Assembly: GCF_001194135.2 (NCBI RefSeq)
Contig: NC_068982.1
Location: forward strand, 117,129,103-117,181,756
Direction of reading: 5' to 3'
Origin: Octopus bimaculoides
Taxonomy: Eukaryota
Length of the DNA: 52,654 bases
The position numbers were made by a program, and so were the translations under genes. Positions 36,677 to 49,875 of the stretch are shown here, piece after piece (position 1 is the first letter of the stretch; each line of letters begins with the position of its first letter). The notes beneath the pieces are model-generated. The model was not told the DNA's origin, did not search any database, and saw only the letters and a program-made list of their open reading frames with translations.

Positions 36677-37404
36677 AATTTGTGTTTAAATAAATATCGA
36701 AACTAGATTGCAGAAACAGATCAACGGGTGTTTACCTTTTCATCGCCATCTCTCATTCCTAGTTTAAATTGATGTTACTTAGATTTACAACCTCAAAGTT
36801 ACTTAAGAGAAACATTGACGTACTCATTAAAACACACGTAATAGCTTGGGAATAGTTTAAAGAAAACCTTAGACACTCAGGAGACTTTCAAATGTTATGG
36901 AAATCAACGAAGCAAAATATTTCGAATTAGTGTAACCTACAGAAATGTTTCGTTGATGTTTGGTGTTATTTTTAGTCGAACGAAAACTCACTAATAGCTG
37001 ATGAGTCTGTTGTGATTTATGCAGATTTGATTATATCAACTTCTGTTAAACGAAATCAACTAATATAATTGCAATAAATTTGTCAAGAGTTGAGGATTTG
37101 ATTTCTTCGTTTCAGAATACGACAGTAGCAAGCTTAACATTTTATACTTTAAGAAATACCAATATAAATAAATATATATTAGAGAAAAATGGACATATGA
37201 ATCCAAACGTTTTGGTTTCTTATACTCGTTAAAAAACAAGATAATAATATTAAGTGGAGTAAACATGGAGTATTTAAACAATGTCTACCATACTGCTAGT
37301 GTATGAGACATAGCTTCAGTCTAGAACTGGAATTCACATCGGAGACTGCCTATGGCCGAACTATATTACGGTGCTACACCCAAACCTATGTAAATGTATT
37401 TATC

Positions 37405-37902
37405 GTTTACTTGTTACAGTTGCTGAAGCTGAAGCAATGCTGGGACACGGCCTTGAAGAGTTTAACTGAAAAATTAACAGTTTATTTACTTTGTAAAATC
37501 TGGTACTTATTCTATCAGTTTAATTGCCGAACCGCTAATCTACGGGGTGTAAACAAACCAGCATCAGCTGTAGTGGGGGGCAAACACAAAGACATGCACA
37601 TCCATACACACGCACACACACACGTACATACATATATACATATACATACATATGCATAAATATAAGTATACATACATACGAAGTACGAGAATGCAGCCTT
37701 TGCCGAACGACCTTGACAAATGATTTGTTTATAGTGATTAAATGTATGCGCTGTACATTAGCGCACTCCCTTAATGAAGTCGATGTAGTCTGAACAGTTG
37801 CACAGAGTACCACGCGTTAAGTGTCGAAGTGCTTGCAGAGCAACGTGAGATGAAGAGCCAATAAGTGGTTGGGAAGCAAAGGTTTTGCCACGCAGACACA
37901 TC
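37405..37902 (-). mobile_element. SINE family A, degenerate near full-length copy
   Basis: Reverse-complement matches to the 5' end (GTGG...TTGCTTCCCAACCAC), the central (GT/AT) tract, and the 3' half (TAGCGGTTCGGCAA, GATAGAATAAGTACC, GTGTCCCAGCATTG...AACAAGTAAA). Confidence 0.72.
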
Positions 37903-40900
37903 GGCTCTTATTTGGATTGAAATACTGCTATATTAGAAGAGAAATATAAAATATGAATAAAATATAAAATATAATAAAAATAGAATGAAACTTAACAAAC
38001 AATGATGAAAATAACAGTAAATTTATAAGTAACGTTATTTATGCTGAAAGTATCAAATAGACATTGCTTTAAAGGCTAGTTTAATTCTTCATCTGAAGGC
38101 AGATTATTACTATGTTCTGCAGTTATTGCCTCAATCGTACTGCTTCTACACATCGGATATTTTATCCTCGTACTTTCTACAAGTAATTTCAGGTTGCCAG
38201 CATATCTGCAGCATATACCAAACCTTCAATGTCAGAAAATTACTTCAAATCTGATCGGGTAATAACAGCTTTGAATGGTTTAATCATAAGAAAAAATATA
38301 TACTATACAACGCCACACCTACTTGTGGCGAAAATCTTCTTGCTCGCAACATAGTGGATTCTACTAAAAGTAACAATAGCCACAACATGAAGGTGATGAA
38401 CAGTATGATGGATTAAGTCTATTACCCAGGAGTGAAAAGAATTCCCCACACAGGATTCTACACAGTTTTCACTTACACAATTTTACTCAAAAGGTTGTGG
38501 TTGACACAAAAGATACTGCATCGTACATCAAGCTCGAAACCGCATAATATGCAAAGTGAAATATTTAAGCATACATCGATGTCTGCTTCCTTGCAACCCC
38601 TAACTTTTATCGACGTAAGTTTTATACATACAAAATATCCGGATCTAATGAAAAATTAAGAATGTTTGACTTCCAATTCAGACCTCGAGGTATATCGATT
38701 TAAAAAAAAAAATGAGAAATTATGAGTAAGAAACTTACATGGTTTTCAAGGGAATTTTTCTCTTTGAGTATCTCAAATATCATTTAAATGACATGAAATC
38801 TTTTTTGAGACACAAGAGATTTGCAACAAGTTCTGATCTTTTAATAAAATATAGGTGCTGAGTGTATGGTTTATACAATCTGATGTACACCATAGAGATT
38901 TTATGGATACTCTTTAAATAACTTGATATTTTCATAAGAATGTACTGACTGACGACCGTTGTTGAAAACTATCAATACATTCTTTTTTTTTATTTTCAAA
39001 ATTATTTCTTTATATCAAATTAATTTCTCATTCTGACGTAATGAAAGTACAGACTAACGAATTCTATTACTACGTACGGTCTATATTAAGTAGTATATTA
39101 AGTGACAATACAATTCTAACACATTTCAATAATGGAAAGAATTATGCGACGTGATGTATACGCAATTAATAAACAGACATCTGACGCTCCAATAACGTAG
39201 ATTTAAACTTATGAATTAAAAAAAAACAACAAAAAAACGAATAATAGTTTCAAGCTAAAGAAACCAAATGTATCGCATTGTATTTGACGTGTGATCTAAT
39301 ATAATTGATTAATAGCATGAAATAAATTAAGTGCTAATTCATCATTCAAGTGGAATCGAATGAAATATTTACATGTGTCATTAGTATTAGTATCCCGCTT
39401 TGAAAAACTGACATATCTGGCGTTATGATCACAAGGGAAAAGACAATAATCCACAATACACGCACATAAAAATAATACATTCTCACCCGAGGCATATCAC
39501 AACGCTCAGTTTAATTACAATTAGATGTGATTTAATATTCCATAACTTACGCTGTTGTTGTTTTTAGATGATTTATACAATTGACTGTGTTCATGTAGTG
39601 TTTATATGGCTCCAGCCATATAACTTCAGTAATCGGATATACTGGTGTTATTGACATCATAGTTTCCTCTAATACATTATTTGATTGTATAAAAAAAAAT
39701 CATTAAAAAAAAAAATCAATGAACTGTGTCTCCCAAGATAATAAGAGTGTGGTAATAATTTGTCCAACTACAATTTCTGTATAACCGCAGCTGTTTGACG
39801 TTTTGAAACACTGTTGTTATTGATGTTTTTAAACACATGGTCAGTCTCAATCCAGTAGACTTCACATTTAAAAGGATTTTATCAATGGTCATCACAACTG
39901 ACTGTAAATCGATTACAACACTGTCGAAAGTGATATTCCTCTTATAAGATTAGGTTATTTCATTCATATTTATTTGCCATACATGCATGCGCACACACAT
40001 ACGTACACTCATACTCACATATTCACACACAGATATATGCAAATTGAAACGAATGTGTTAATTGTTAGAAATCACACAGCAGCAGTGAGATTTACAAACC
40101 TACAAAATATATCAACATTAACTTGGCGTCGCTATAAGCACCTAGAAACGCTGATGACATCTACCAACAAGTGTTTCTTGAAAGGTCCAGTTATCCAACA
40201 CCCAAGCAATTCAGTTGACTTTGATTACCTGATGATATATTTGATTAAAACTTTCTGGAAACCATTCCTCAGTAGTTCTCATGATTATACGAAAGTAAAA
40301 GTGAAAGTTGTTACGAGATAATACAAGTGTAATATAGAAAACCTCACACTTTAACATGTTATGCTACCGCATCTTTGGAAACTAGCTTCTATATCCTTTT
40401 ATTTTCCGTTTAACCTCTTGGCAATTAGCACTTGACCTCCAATGCTTTGTATGGAGGTAGACATAAGGTGCCAAATGCAAATCATGAGCATTATTTGTTT
40501 CATCTTTTGATACTAAATCAAATCTATTTAGACATTAATGACTGCACTTAACAGCTAGCTTATTTCAAAGAACACAATTTAACGAAGTGCATATTCATAA
40601 CTGAAATATATATTGCATAACTTAAATATAAATTCAGTGAACATCGACCCCATATCATACTCTTTGTCACTAAAATTCACTCATACCATTTAAAAATAAA
40701 TTGATACATAAAACACTTCAAGATGAATATAATATGTCTAACCCAATTCACTTGGATAGCTTAAATTTGTTTATGTATAATAGCAGTGTTTCACGAAATG
40801 TCTACAGAGTTCAACTTTGTGGTACACTTAATCAGTCAACGAATTCAGCACAATCGTCTTATTCTCGGGTAACTTTAGCGGATTCATTCGGCTGCAAGCA

Positions 40901-41447
40901 ATTCGGCGAAATTTCTTGTCAAATGTTTCATAACATCTTACCTTCCACGGACCAGTATCTCAAGACCCTACGAGGACCAGACACAATGATATACCTCATT
41001 CCCTTTTTCATTTTTATTGCTTCCAAGTTGATATGAAGAGAGAAGTATTTTTACGTCAGGCAGGATACCTAGTACAATTACTTGAAAAAGATTTAACTAA
41101 TCTGAAAATGACGGATAGACCGAATGACGAAGTAATTCTACAACTTAAGCCTTGACTGATGTATTTATAAATATATTTCAAGGGTGTTTGATGGATTGAA
41201 AGATGACAAAGGTAATGTTAAATAGCCAAGGCTATATTTGACAGAACTGTATTTTATTTCTCTCTCTCTATCTATATATTACTCGCTCTCTCCCCCTATA
41301 TCTCTATTTCTGTCTCTAAATATCTATCTACTGTCGAACTCTCTAGCTACTAATCTCTATAAAATCAATTTCTCTACTTCCTTTGAACCAAATGTATATG
41401 TATGTAAGTGGATGTGTGTGTATGGTGTGTTTGTTGTGTGTTTGCGT

Positions 41448-41521
<74 letters not shown>

Positions 41522-41633
41522 AACCGCACATGGACTTCTTTCGCTTTTGGACTTTACCGTTTTCCCAAAGAAGAGCTAGGCTCGAAGCCTAAAACAACTA
41601 CTCTCTTCTTTCTATGAGTGTCTTATTATTACA

Positions 41634-42510
41634 CTAGCAGACATACCCGGAATTCAATTGGCATAGCTTGTATATATGATACAGATAAGTTGAAGCATCT
41701 GATACGAGGAAGTGCAGCATTGAGAACAAAAAAGTTGTGGAGTAAATGAAGGGCTAATTCCACTAAGTGACAGGTCATGTGACTGTTCGAAAGACTCCAG
41801 GACCTAACCTTGTAATGGAAATATGGGTGGGTGTGTGTGTGATTTTTGAATGTACCAACAAGCTCTCAGTGGATAAACTCTCATTTGCGGCTGTCAACAG
41901 CACCACATGAGAGAAATCGACCTGAAAGAAATGGTGTGGTAAGGGGGCTGGGATTCACTGAAGCTGTTAATGCAGCATTCCTAGTCAGGCGAATACTACG
42001 TTGCTCATCGCTTTCCATTGTACTTGCAGTAGCTGTACATGCAGCATTTTGTGATTGTCTAATTGAAGTCTCCTGTGACGACTGATTTGCTCTCCTTTTC
42101 AGCTTCTCTGTTACTGCCGTTTTTCGACGAATGGAGGATCTCTTCTTTGGAGACATTCTGTTAAAAAAATACGACGTAATAAACTAAGATGACAACTGTA
42201 CATTAACAAAGAATGTCAATAAAAAAAAAAACGTAAATAATATCAGTATCTTATCAAATTTTAAGAAAAGTTACTTCGCAGACAGTTACCCACACGGTAG
42301 TCCTCAACGCAGGAAAGGGCGTTTTCTGCTCCTAGTCTCCCGTCTACACATTATTTGAAAACTTCTAAGAGTCTAAAAACCATCTTTAGAACATAAGTAA
42401 TGTATGTTCCCAGTTTGAAGAGAATCATTTGCGAACTTCAAAAGTTATGCGGGTTTACACACACACACGTACTCAAACACACACACACGCACACACACAC
42501 ATATATATTT
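41634..42510 (-). mobile_element. Internally deleted Helitron derivative
   Basis: The minus 3' end is ...TTCCGGGTATGTCTG-CTAG|T (41634-41637). ORF 41881-42156 (MSPKKRSSIRRK...ESDEQRSIRL) resembles basic Helitron RepHel N-termini and is preceded by a T7AACAG acceptor. The 5' boundary is approximate. Confidence 0.62.
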
Positions 42511-42802
42511 ATATGTCTACATACACACTTATATGCAAACATTCTCACGCTCACGTGCACATTGACACGCACTCTTTCTCTCTCTCTCTCTCTCACTCTC
42601 TCTCTCACAGACTTACACTCGCACATGAATTTATGTACCTGCATAACCAGTTGCATTTCATATACTATGGTTTCTAAACTCATCGACGAAGAAAAATCTC
42701 AGCAATTCTACTGAAAAACCTTCAGACAAGTAAGACGCAGTATTTTATTTTTAATATTTGTCAGCGTATTTAACAGTCTGGAGATTCTGGAGATTGTTAT
42801 CG

Positions 42803-42906
42803 ATTTCCCTTTGTTTTACAATATATTACGAGGAAATGGTAGTTATATATATATTTCCCTTTGTTTTACAATATATTACGAGGAAATGGTAGTTATATAT
42901 ATTTCC
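42803..42906. repeat. Near-perfect 50-bp tandem duplication
   Basis: ATTTCCCTTTGTTTTACAATATATTACGAGGAAATGGTAGTTATATAT(AT) twice; the copies differ only by one AT unit. Confidence 0.95.
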
Positions 42907-43779
42907 TATCAAAAGAATTTATCCGAGTAAATATTTATGAATATATAAAAAGAAAGTTTGACGTACTACTTTTGTTGTTGTTATTTTCTAATCTAGTCCG
43001 GGTTACCGAATGTTATCAACCTTTTTATACACATACAAACGTACGTACATATATGCGTGACAAACAGACGAGCACGCATATACGCATGTATATGCATATA
43101 CGCAAGCACATATAAATAAACATAGATAATTTATTATGCACATATGAATATAAATATGAATATATATATATATATGTACATGTATATAAATTGTATATAT
43201 GCATGTACGCATATATATATGTGTGTGTGTGAGTGTGTGAGTGTGAGTGTGTGTGTATGCATATATTTTTTATGTACATATGAGCTGTGTATGAGTACAT
43301 CTGTACGCATGTGTGTATTTATATGTGTTACTTTCTCTGTGACACGTAACGTCTAACGAGGTTGTCGATAGAAGGTGTTACGCGTGTGTTTGTTTTTCCG
43401 AACACTCTTCGTTTGTGTTTTTTTTCAATATATATTATAACAAAATACGTATATAATTTGCGCTAAATGAAACGGTTACTGATGTACATATTTCGAACCA
43501 AGAAGGCGGTTTCAACTTAATACTAAAGTTTATGTCGAGCAAATCTATCTCAAATGACAGCATTAGGTTTTACAAAATAATAAAAATAATAAAATGAATC
43601 AAAACACCGTAAAGGTATCAAAAGTAATATTATCTTAGTATAGATAAACAGATAAACAAAATGCGGGATGGCTGTGCCTAGAAATACAATTTTTTCATAA
43701 TTCTGTTTGATCACAGCTGATTACTAGTTGGAGGGGCAAAACACAGTCACTCGTGGTATTTTCCGATTCTTTAAGATCT

Positions 43780-43903
43780 TGATTCAATTTCCTCCGCGGT
43801 CAATATTCCGTATCAAAATGTCGTTAAAATGACAGTGAAGTGTTGCTACTGATGTATCACTAAACCCCCGAAAATGGTTGCCTTTTTGCCAAAATATGAC
43901 ACT
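43780..43903 (+). mobile_element. SINE family B, very degenerate copy (first in chain)
   Basis: TTCAATTTCCTCCGCGGTCAA...GATGTATCACTAAACCCCC...GCCTTTTTGCCAAAATATGACAC. Confidence 0.55.
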
Positions 43904-44042
43904 GTTGTTGTTGTTATTGTTGTTGCTGTTGTTGTTCTTCTTTTTCTTCTCCTCCACCTCCTTTCTTCTTCTTCTTTTTCTTCTTCTTCTTCTTCTTCTT
44001 CTTCTTCTTCTTCTTCTTCTTCTTCTTCTTCTTCTTCTTCTT

Positions 44043-44072
<30 letters not shown>
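43903..44072. repeat. Compound (TTG)n/(TTC)n microsatellite
   Basis: Direct trinucleotide runs. Confidence 0.97.
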
Positions 44073-44073
<1 letters not shown>

Positions 44074-44290
44074 AGCGGCGTGATGGCAGAGTTGCTGCGT
44101 CCGACAAAATGCTTAACGGTATTTCATCCGACTGTTTACGTTTTGAGATGAAAAATAGCCAAGGTCGACTTCGCCTATTATCTTTTCGGGGTTTATAAAA
44201 TAAGTACCAATTGAGCACTGGGGTCGATGTAATCGATTTACCCCTTTCTGATCTTGCTGGCCTGGTTCCAAAATTTCAAATCATTGTCAT
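44074..44290 (+). mobile_element. SINE family B copy (second in chain)
   Basis: GATGGCAGAGTTG, AAATGCTTAACGGTATTTCATCC, GGTCGACTTCGCC, AAAATAAGTACCAATTGAGCACTGGGGTCGATGTAATCG and CCAAAATTTCAAATC. Confidence 0.9.
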
Positions 44291-44295
44291 CATAA

Positions 44296-44520
44296 AAGCA
44301 GTGAGCTGTCAGAATTATTAGCACCTCACACAACAATGCTTGGGTGGCATTTTTTCCCGTCTTTACATCCTAAGTTTATATTACACCGCGGTTGACTTTG
44401 ACTTTTATCATTTCAGGGTCGACAAAGTGAACACTAGTTGTGCACAGGGTCGATGCAATAGACTTCTTCTTCCCTCCAAAATTTACAGGTCCTGTGCCAA
44501 AATTTGAAAACATTATTATA
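44296..44520 (+). mobile_element. SINE family B copy (third in chain)
   Basis: GAGCTGTCAGAATTATTAGCAC, AATGCTT, TTTCAGGGTCGAC, GGGTCGATGCAAT and CCTGTGCCAAAATTTGAAAAC. Confidence 0.88.
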
Positions 44521-44524
44521 ATTA

Positions 44525-44734
44525 AAGTGGCAAGATGGCAGGATCGTTAGCACACCGAGTAAGCTTAGTGGTATTTCGTCCGTCGTTACATTTCTAAGAA
44601 CAAATTCCGCCGAGGTCGCTTTGCCATTCCTGCTTTGGGGTCGATAAAATAAGAGTTTGTTAAGAACTGGGGCAAATGTAATAAACTGAGCCTCTCCCCC
44701 TAACATTTCAGGCCTTGTTCCTTTATTAAAAAGG

Positions 44735-44735
<1 letters not shown>
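44525..44735 (+). mobile_element. SINE family B copy (fourth in chain)
   Basis: GATGGCAGGATCGTTAGCAC, GCTTAGTGGTATTTCGTCC, AAATTCCGCCGAGGTCG, GGGGTCGATAAAATAAG and TTTCAGGCCTTGTTCC. Confidence 0.88.
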
Positions 44736-44788
<53 letters not shown>

Positions 44789-44796
44789 ATTATTGC

Positions 44797-44859
<63 letters not shown>

Positions 44860-44892
44860 CATCATCATCATCATCATCATTATCACCATCAC

Positions 44893-44946
<54 letters not shown>

Positions 44947-44960
44947 TATTATTATTATTA
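44735..44960. repeat. Compound (ATT)n/(ATC)n microsatellite
   Basis: Direct trinucleotide runs directly after the SINE 3' end. Confidence 0.97.
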
Positions 44961-45432
44961 ATTTTTTCCCCTCTTTCACTTCCTCTGCTTCATTAACATT
45001 ATTATTACTGGTAGTATTAGTAGTAGCAACAGCTACAGTAGTATTATAATGGGCTGCAAATTGTCGACGTACTAAGGACATTTCTACATCGTCGCTTCCA
45101 TTAGTTAGAAAGAGTAATCATATAAAGATTTGAGAACGGCATATCATCATTGCAAATTGATAAAAAGCGGCAGAAAGTAATCCTAAACATGTTTTGTCAG
45201 ACAGGAGACATAGTGGTCATACTTGTAAACCTTTTGATGATGGAATAGCTCAATTGTCGCATACTTGAGACTAAACAACGTTACCTATTATATATTCCGT
45301 GTGCTGATCAAAGCGATAAATTGTTGTTGCTGTTTTCTGTTATTTAGCATCAGATGAGTTTTGATTGAACAAATCTATGATCAAACAATTTGGATGCGTG
45401 ACTATTCTGGTTATGTTTTACATGCACACACA

Positions 45433-45478
<46 letters not shown>

Positions 45479-45538
45479 TACATACATACATACAGACAGA
45501 CAGACAGAAATACTCACACAGAGTCTCACTCTCTCTCG

Positions 45539-45599
<61 letters not shown>

Positions 45600-45703
45600 A
45601 TATATATATATACAAATATATATTCATATATCTGTATATATATGTAGTTATATATTCATATATGTACACATGTTTACCTATATTATCTATCCATCTATCT
45701 ATC

Positions 45704-45768
<65 letters not shown>

Positions 45769-45849
45769 ATCTATCTATCTATCTATATATAATTTATGTA
45801 ACACTACATTATCGAAAGTGACCTTTTGACCTTTTATAAATACATAACA

Positions 45850-46900
45850 GTATTGTAATATCTGCGAGATATTTCTCTTCTCGTGATTTATCGTAATTCT
45901 TTATTTCTTATTCAATTTCATCCCCCTCTATTTCTTCATCTACTTCTACGTAGCCATGCTCATTTTTTATTGTTTGGAAACCTTTCCCAGATCAACTGGG
46001 GTATCCAATGTTTTTTCCATATTAAATTTTTCTTGTATAATGACTTTCCTCTATCAGGGTGAATACTTTTCTCTAGCCATATTGTATTCATTCTTTTCTT
46101 GTAACTTATTTTTTACAGGCTTACTTTTATAGTGATAGTCCACGACATGTTGATGTTGCTTTGAGATCTTCCAGTTATTTTTACTGCAGCTGCTTTGACA
46201 ACCACCAGGCTTACCCTGCTGCCTAGCGTAACATTTGCCGAACGTGAGTCCTTTACATGGGTATTTTTTCGCATCAACACAGTTGTAGTCATACTTTTAA
46301 ATGGCGTTTCATTCATAGAAGTGACTGTAGTCTTAAACTGCCACACCCACCAATTTTTTGTCGAGAAATCATCTTTTGGGGGCTGCCAGCCAAGGTTAAC
46401 ACGACCCTCGTACTTTTATGGTTTTTGGCCTGAGAGTACACTTTGTCGCTGTTCCTACAATCATGAGCCGATTGTCAGATTAGAAATTTAATTATCACCT
46501 CATCAGTACTAATACTAATAAAGAAATACTGTCTGGTTGGCACGTGACTCTCGTGAATATAACGACCCTTTGTCATCTCTTGATTTTTGTCTTGAGGGTT
46601 ATCCAATTGGAAAAACGCAACCATCTCGCCTAGTTTGCTCTTTGGAGTCGGCAGTTTAGTCATCAACAACTCGACAACTATGAATATTGACTGCATGTCT
46701 TCATTCGCAGCGTTTCAGTTTCTTACCTCCTAACCCGGTTGTGGTAAAGAAGCGAATGAACCATTGACTTGAGCACTGGGGTGAAACCGGGAATTTTGTT
46801 ACTGTAGATGCAATGGGGATGAGGAGTCTGTTGAATCCAAGCCATCCTCGAGTACTTACTCGAAAATATCCTGTAAAGCAAATCTATGGTTACAAGGACT
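45850..46900 (-). mobile_element. Possible decayed RTE-type LINE 5' region / endonuclease remnant
   Basis: Faint minus-strand motifs VIIQEKFN (cf. IIMGDFN) and NEHG (cf. RNE.G); higher GC than the flanks. Confidence 0.3.
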
Positions 46901-46949
46901 ATACTTAGAGAACTGTAAGCAAGGGGAGAGAGGGAAACAGAGAAAGAAA

Positions 46950-47006
46950 GAGAGAGATGGGGAAGGAGAGAGATGGGGAAGGAGAGAGATGGGGAAGGAG
47001 AGAGAT
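46950..47006. repeat. 16-bp purine-rich tandem repeat, ~3.5 copies
   Basis: GAGAGAGATGGGGAAG repeated. Confidence 0.92.
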
Positions 47007-47341
47007 AAATAGAGAGAGAAGGCACGTGAGGCACATCATACTTATTTCTTGAAGCGAAAATCCTGTGTGGTTCAGGAGGAGAAATAGAAAAAAAAAGCAA
47101 TGAAAAACCAACAACATCAGTAGATACGACCATTTGGATAGAATAGAATTATTCTTTGTTATGGTTGACAGGTAGAAATATAGGAAAACTTAATTTTGAA
47201 TACTGTGGGCTGGTGTCGTTCAATCCAAGATTCACTATCGAGTGGTTATTGCGAGAAACCATTTAGAACAAATCGATACTTAAGTGAAACAAGAAAGCAA
47301 AAGGGAAAAGGGAAGATAGTGATAGAGATAGATAGATAGAT

Positions 47342-47383
<42 letters not shown>

Positions 47384-47599
47384 ATATATAGATAGGTATA
47401 TAGGTAGGTAGGCAGATAGGGAGAAAGAGATGGAGAGAGAGAGTGTGAGAGAGAAAGTGAAAGAGAGGACAAATTGAGAAAGTGTGGGTCATTACGCTTG
47501 TTCAAACGAAAGACAGAATGTGTATTTACCGAGGAAGAACGAAGACAACTACAATCTCATCATCTTCATTATCATCCTCATCGATGTCAGCGACAATTA

Positions 47600-47812
47600 T
47601 TATTATTCAAGCTGACAGAATCATTTGGACGTCGGGCAAAATGCTTAACGGTATTTCATCCATTTTTACATTCTGAGTTCAAATTCCACTGAGGTCAACT
47701 TTACCTTTCGGGGTAAACAAAACATGTATCAGTTACGTACTTTGGTTGATATAATCTACTAGCCCCTCTTCCAGAATTTCAGGCCTCGTGCCTTTACTAA
47801 AAAAGATTATCA
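47600..47812 (+). mobile_element. SINE family B, full-length copy
   Basis: AGCTGACAGAATCATT, AAATGCTTAACGGTATTTCATCC, GAGTTCAAATTCCACTGAGGTCAAC and TTTCAGGCCTCGTGCC. Confidence 0.88.
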
Positions 47813-48024
47813 TTATCATTGTTCGTCTATCACATCACTCTGCAGGTTATGCAGTTATTTCTATTGTTACGACGCACTGTTATACATTGTACACATTTTA
47901 TGGTTAAGGGGTTAAACAAACCAGGACCTTGAGGAGGTAGTTCTTCCCCATCTGTAGCCTTAAGAAGATATTTTGGTGTTTGTCTGAGCGAAGACGCCCC
48001 TAATCATTTTGCTAAAGTCAAAGA

Positions 48025-49860
48025 TGGTGAACGAAAATTGTCCATCCGCTGAATGGAATAACCGGTTGTCTGGAAGAGAACAGCCAAATCATAAAAGACA
48101 GTCACTGCTGTAGCAGCAGCAGCAGCAGCAGCAGCGACAACGAAAACAGCAACAACAACAGTAGCGCACGTGAGACATGAAAACGTATTTCTCTTGCTTC
48201 TTTAATCCTCTTCACCATTGCAGGAAGAAAAAAAGACAAGAAGCTACAAAATAAACGAAAAGACTACCACCTCCACCACCATCCTTGGTGCCAATAGCAG
48301 GACCAACACCATCACCATCACCAACATAATTAACGAAAAAGAAAAGCAAGTGACTCCACAAGTCAGTGAAGGTAATTCTTCAGATGAAAATGATTTTAAG
48401 AATGTAAAATGCATCCTCGAGAAATGTGGCAGAAATGTGGCTTTAGACATTCCTAGAACTGTCCAGCAATAAATTAATTTGTGGACAGTTCTATATAAAA
48501 CAACTGGTGCGAAAAGTAGGAAAGTGGAGCAGGCAGCACAGTAACAGATAGAAAAACACGTAAAACAAGCGCGGAAAAACAAAACTTATCTGGCCAGGGG
48601 AACAAAATATGGAACCGTTGCGGTGCGGTTCGCTTCAGAGGGGCAGGCAAAAAATCACTCGACAGCTAACCTAAAGAGTGACGATTTATTCTCGTTCCCA
48701 TCTACGTCTGACAAAAAATGTTCAGAATTAGAATACTTAATATCCCACCAGAGATTAACATTTGCTGGTTAGTAGCTGCAATTCTCCTCGACATAGAAGA
48801 AAAGAAAAAAACAACACCAAAACGCTGCGAATACATAAAAGCCACAAGCAGAACTGGTTAGGATAGGGGATGCAGTTTTAAATACAAACTGACCAGCAGA
48901 GCGTGGATGTTGTCCCGGATTAAATATGCCTACCGGATAGCACACAACTTCACGTGGCTATCGAGGGCAGAAAGTCAGGATGTCACCTGTGAAGGGAGAC
49001 AAACCATCGAAAGGCTTACCGCCCACAACAAAAGAAGAGAGACCTGTACTTTTGCCGCATTAGAATGTCCCAAAACCACGCAAAATTTATCAACAGAAAA
49101 AAAAACTAAAATCTCCGCAAGATTTGCCACTCCCGTGTTCGTAACAATCAAGCATGTCGTACGGTGAGTCGGGGGAGAGTCAAACTGGCAAAAGGTTCGG
49201 AGATCGAACAAAAGTAAAAGAAAGAAACCGATACTGACAACAACACGAAAAAGTGGCAGGTTTTTTTTCAACAGAAGGGAGAGATGTCATTGAAAACAAA
49301 TACTCAAATACCACTCCCAGCAGTAGCCACACCAGAGCCCTCAACAACAGCATCATCCATATCACTACCAGCACCAGCACCACCAGCACCACCAGCACCA
49401 GCACCACCACCAGCACCACCACCACCACCACCACCGCAATCACGAACACTACTATCACAAACACCACCATCACATCCACACTCCAATTCACACACACAAT
49501 TTTCAGGTCGCACATCTCAACACAAGGAAAAGTCAGACATATTGAACATTTTGAACTACACAACAATAGACACCGACGATAAAAAAACTAATCAATCAAA
49601 TTTATAACTATACAGACATCACACACACCGACGTTATCACACTGAGAAACAACGCACCAACATATTAAAGTCATACAAACATCATAACACACATATAACA
49701 TCACCAATGCAAAATACATTGAAGATGTAGGGGCTTTCCAAATAGACATAAATAAATGAATCTGTAAAGAACTGCTCAAGGAAACATCCACACATACTAA
49801 TAGGGACAGAATATCCGTCCCCTCCTCGCCAACTAAATCACAGTACCTGCTTCCGCTTCT
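48025..49860 (+). pseudogene. Disrupted LINE ORF1-like region with degenerate gag-type zinc knuckle
   Basis: VAIEGRKSG-C-HL-*-RETN-H-RKAY-R-P at 48981-49025 keeps CX2CX4HX4C spacing, with two Cys codons one base from TGY (TGA, CGC). A-rich sense strand directly upstream of ORF2. Boundaries are approximate. Confidence 0.6.
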
Positions 49861-49875
49861 ATATTTTGATTTTAC

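Noticed and set aside
40701-41036. 111-aa ORF in apparently unique sequence
   Set aside because: It has a non-ATG start, no recognisable domain and no convincing splice context; the length is compatible with chance.
41183-41211. Candidate 29-nt micro-exon (TTTCAAG|...AAAG|GTAATG; VFDGLKDDK)
   Set aside because: The acceptor is weak and there is no recognisable protein or neighbouring exon; RNA-seq would be needed.
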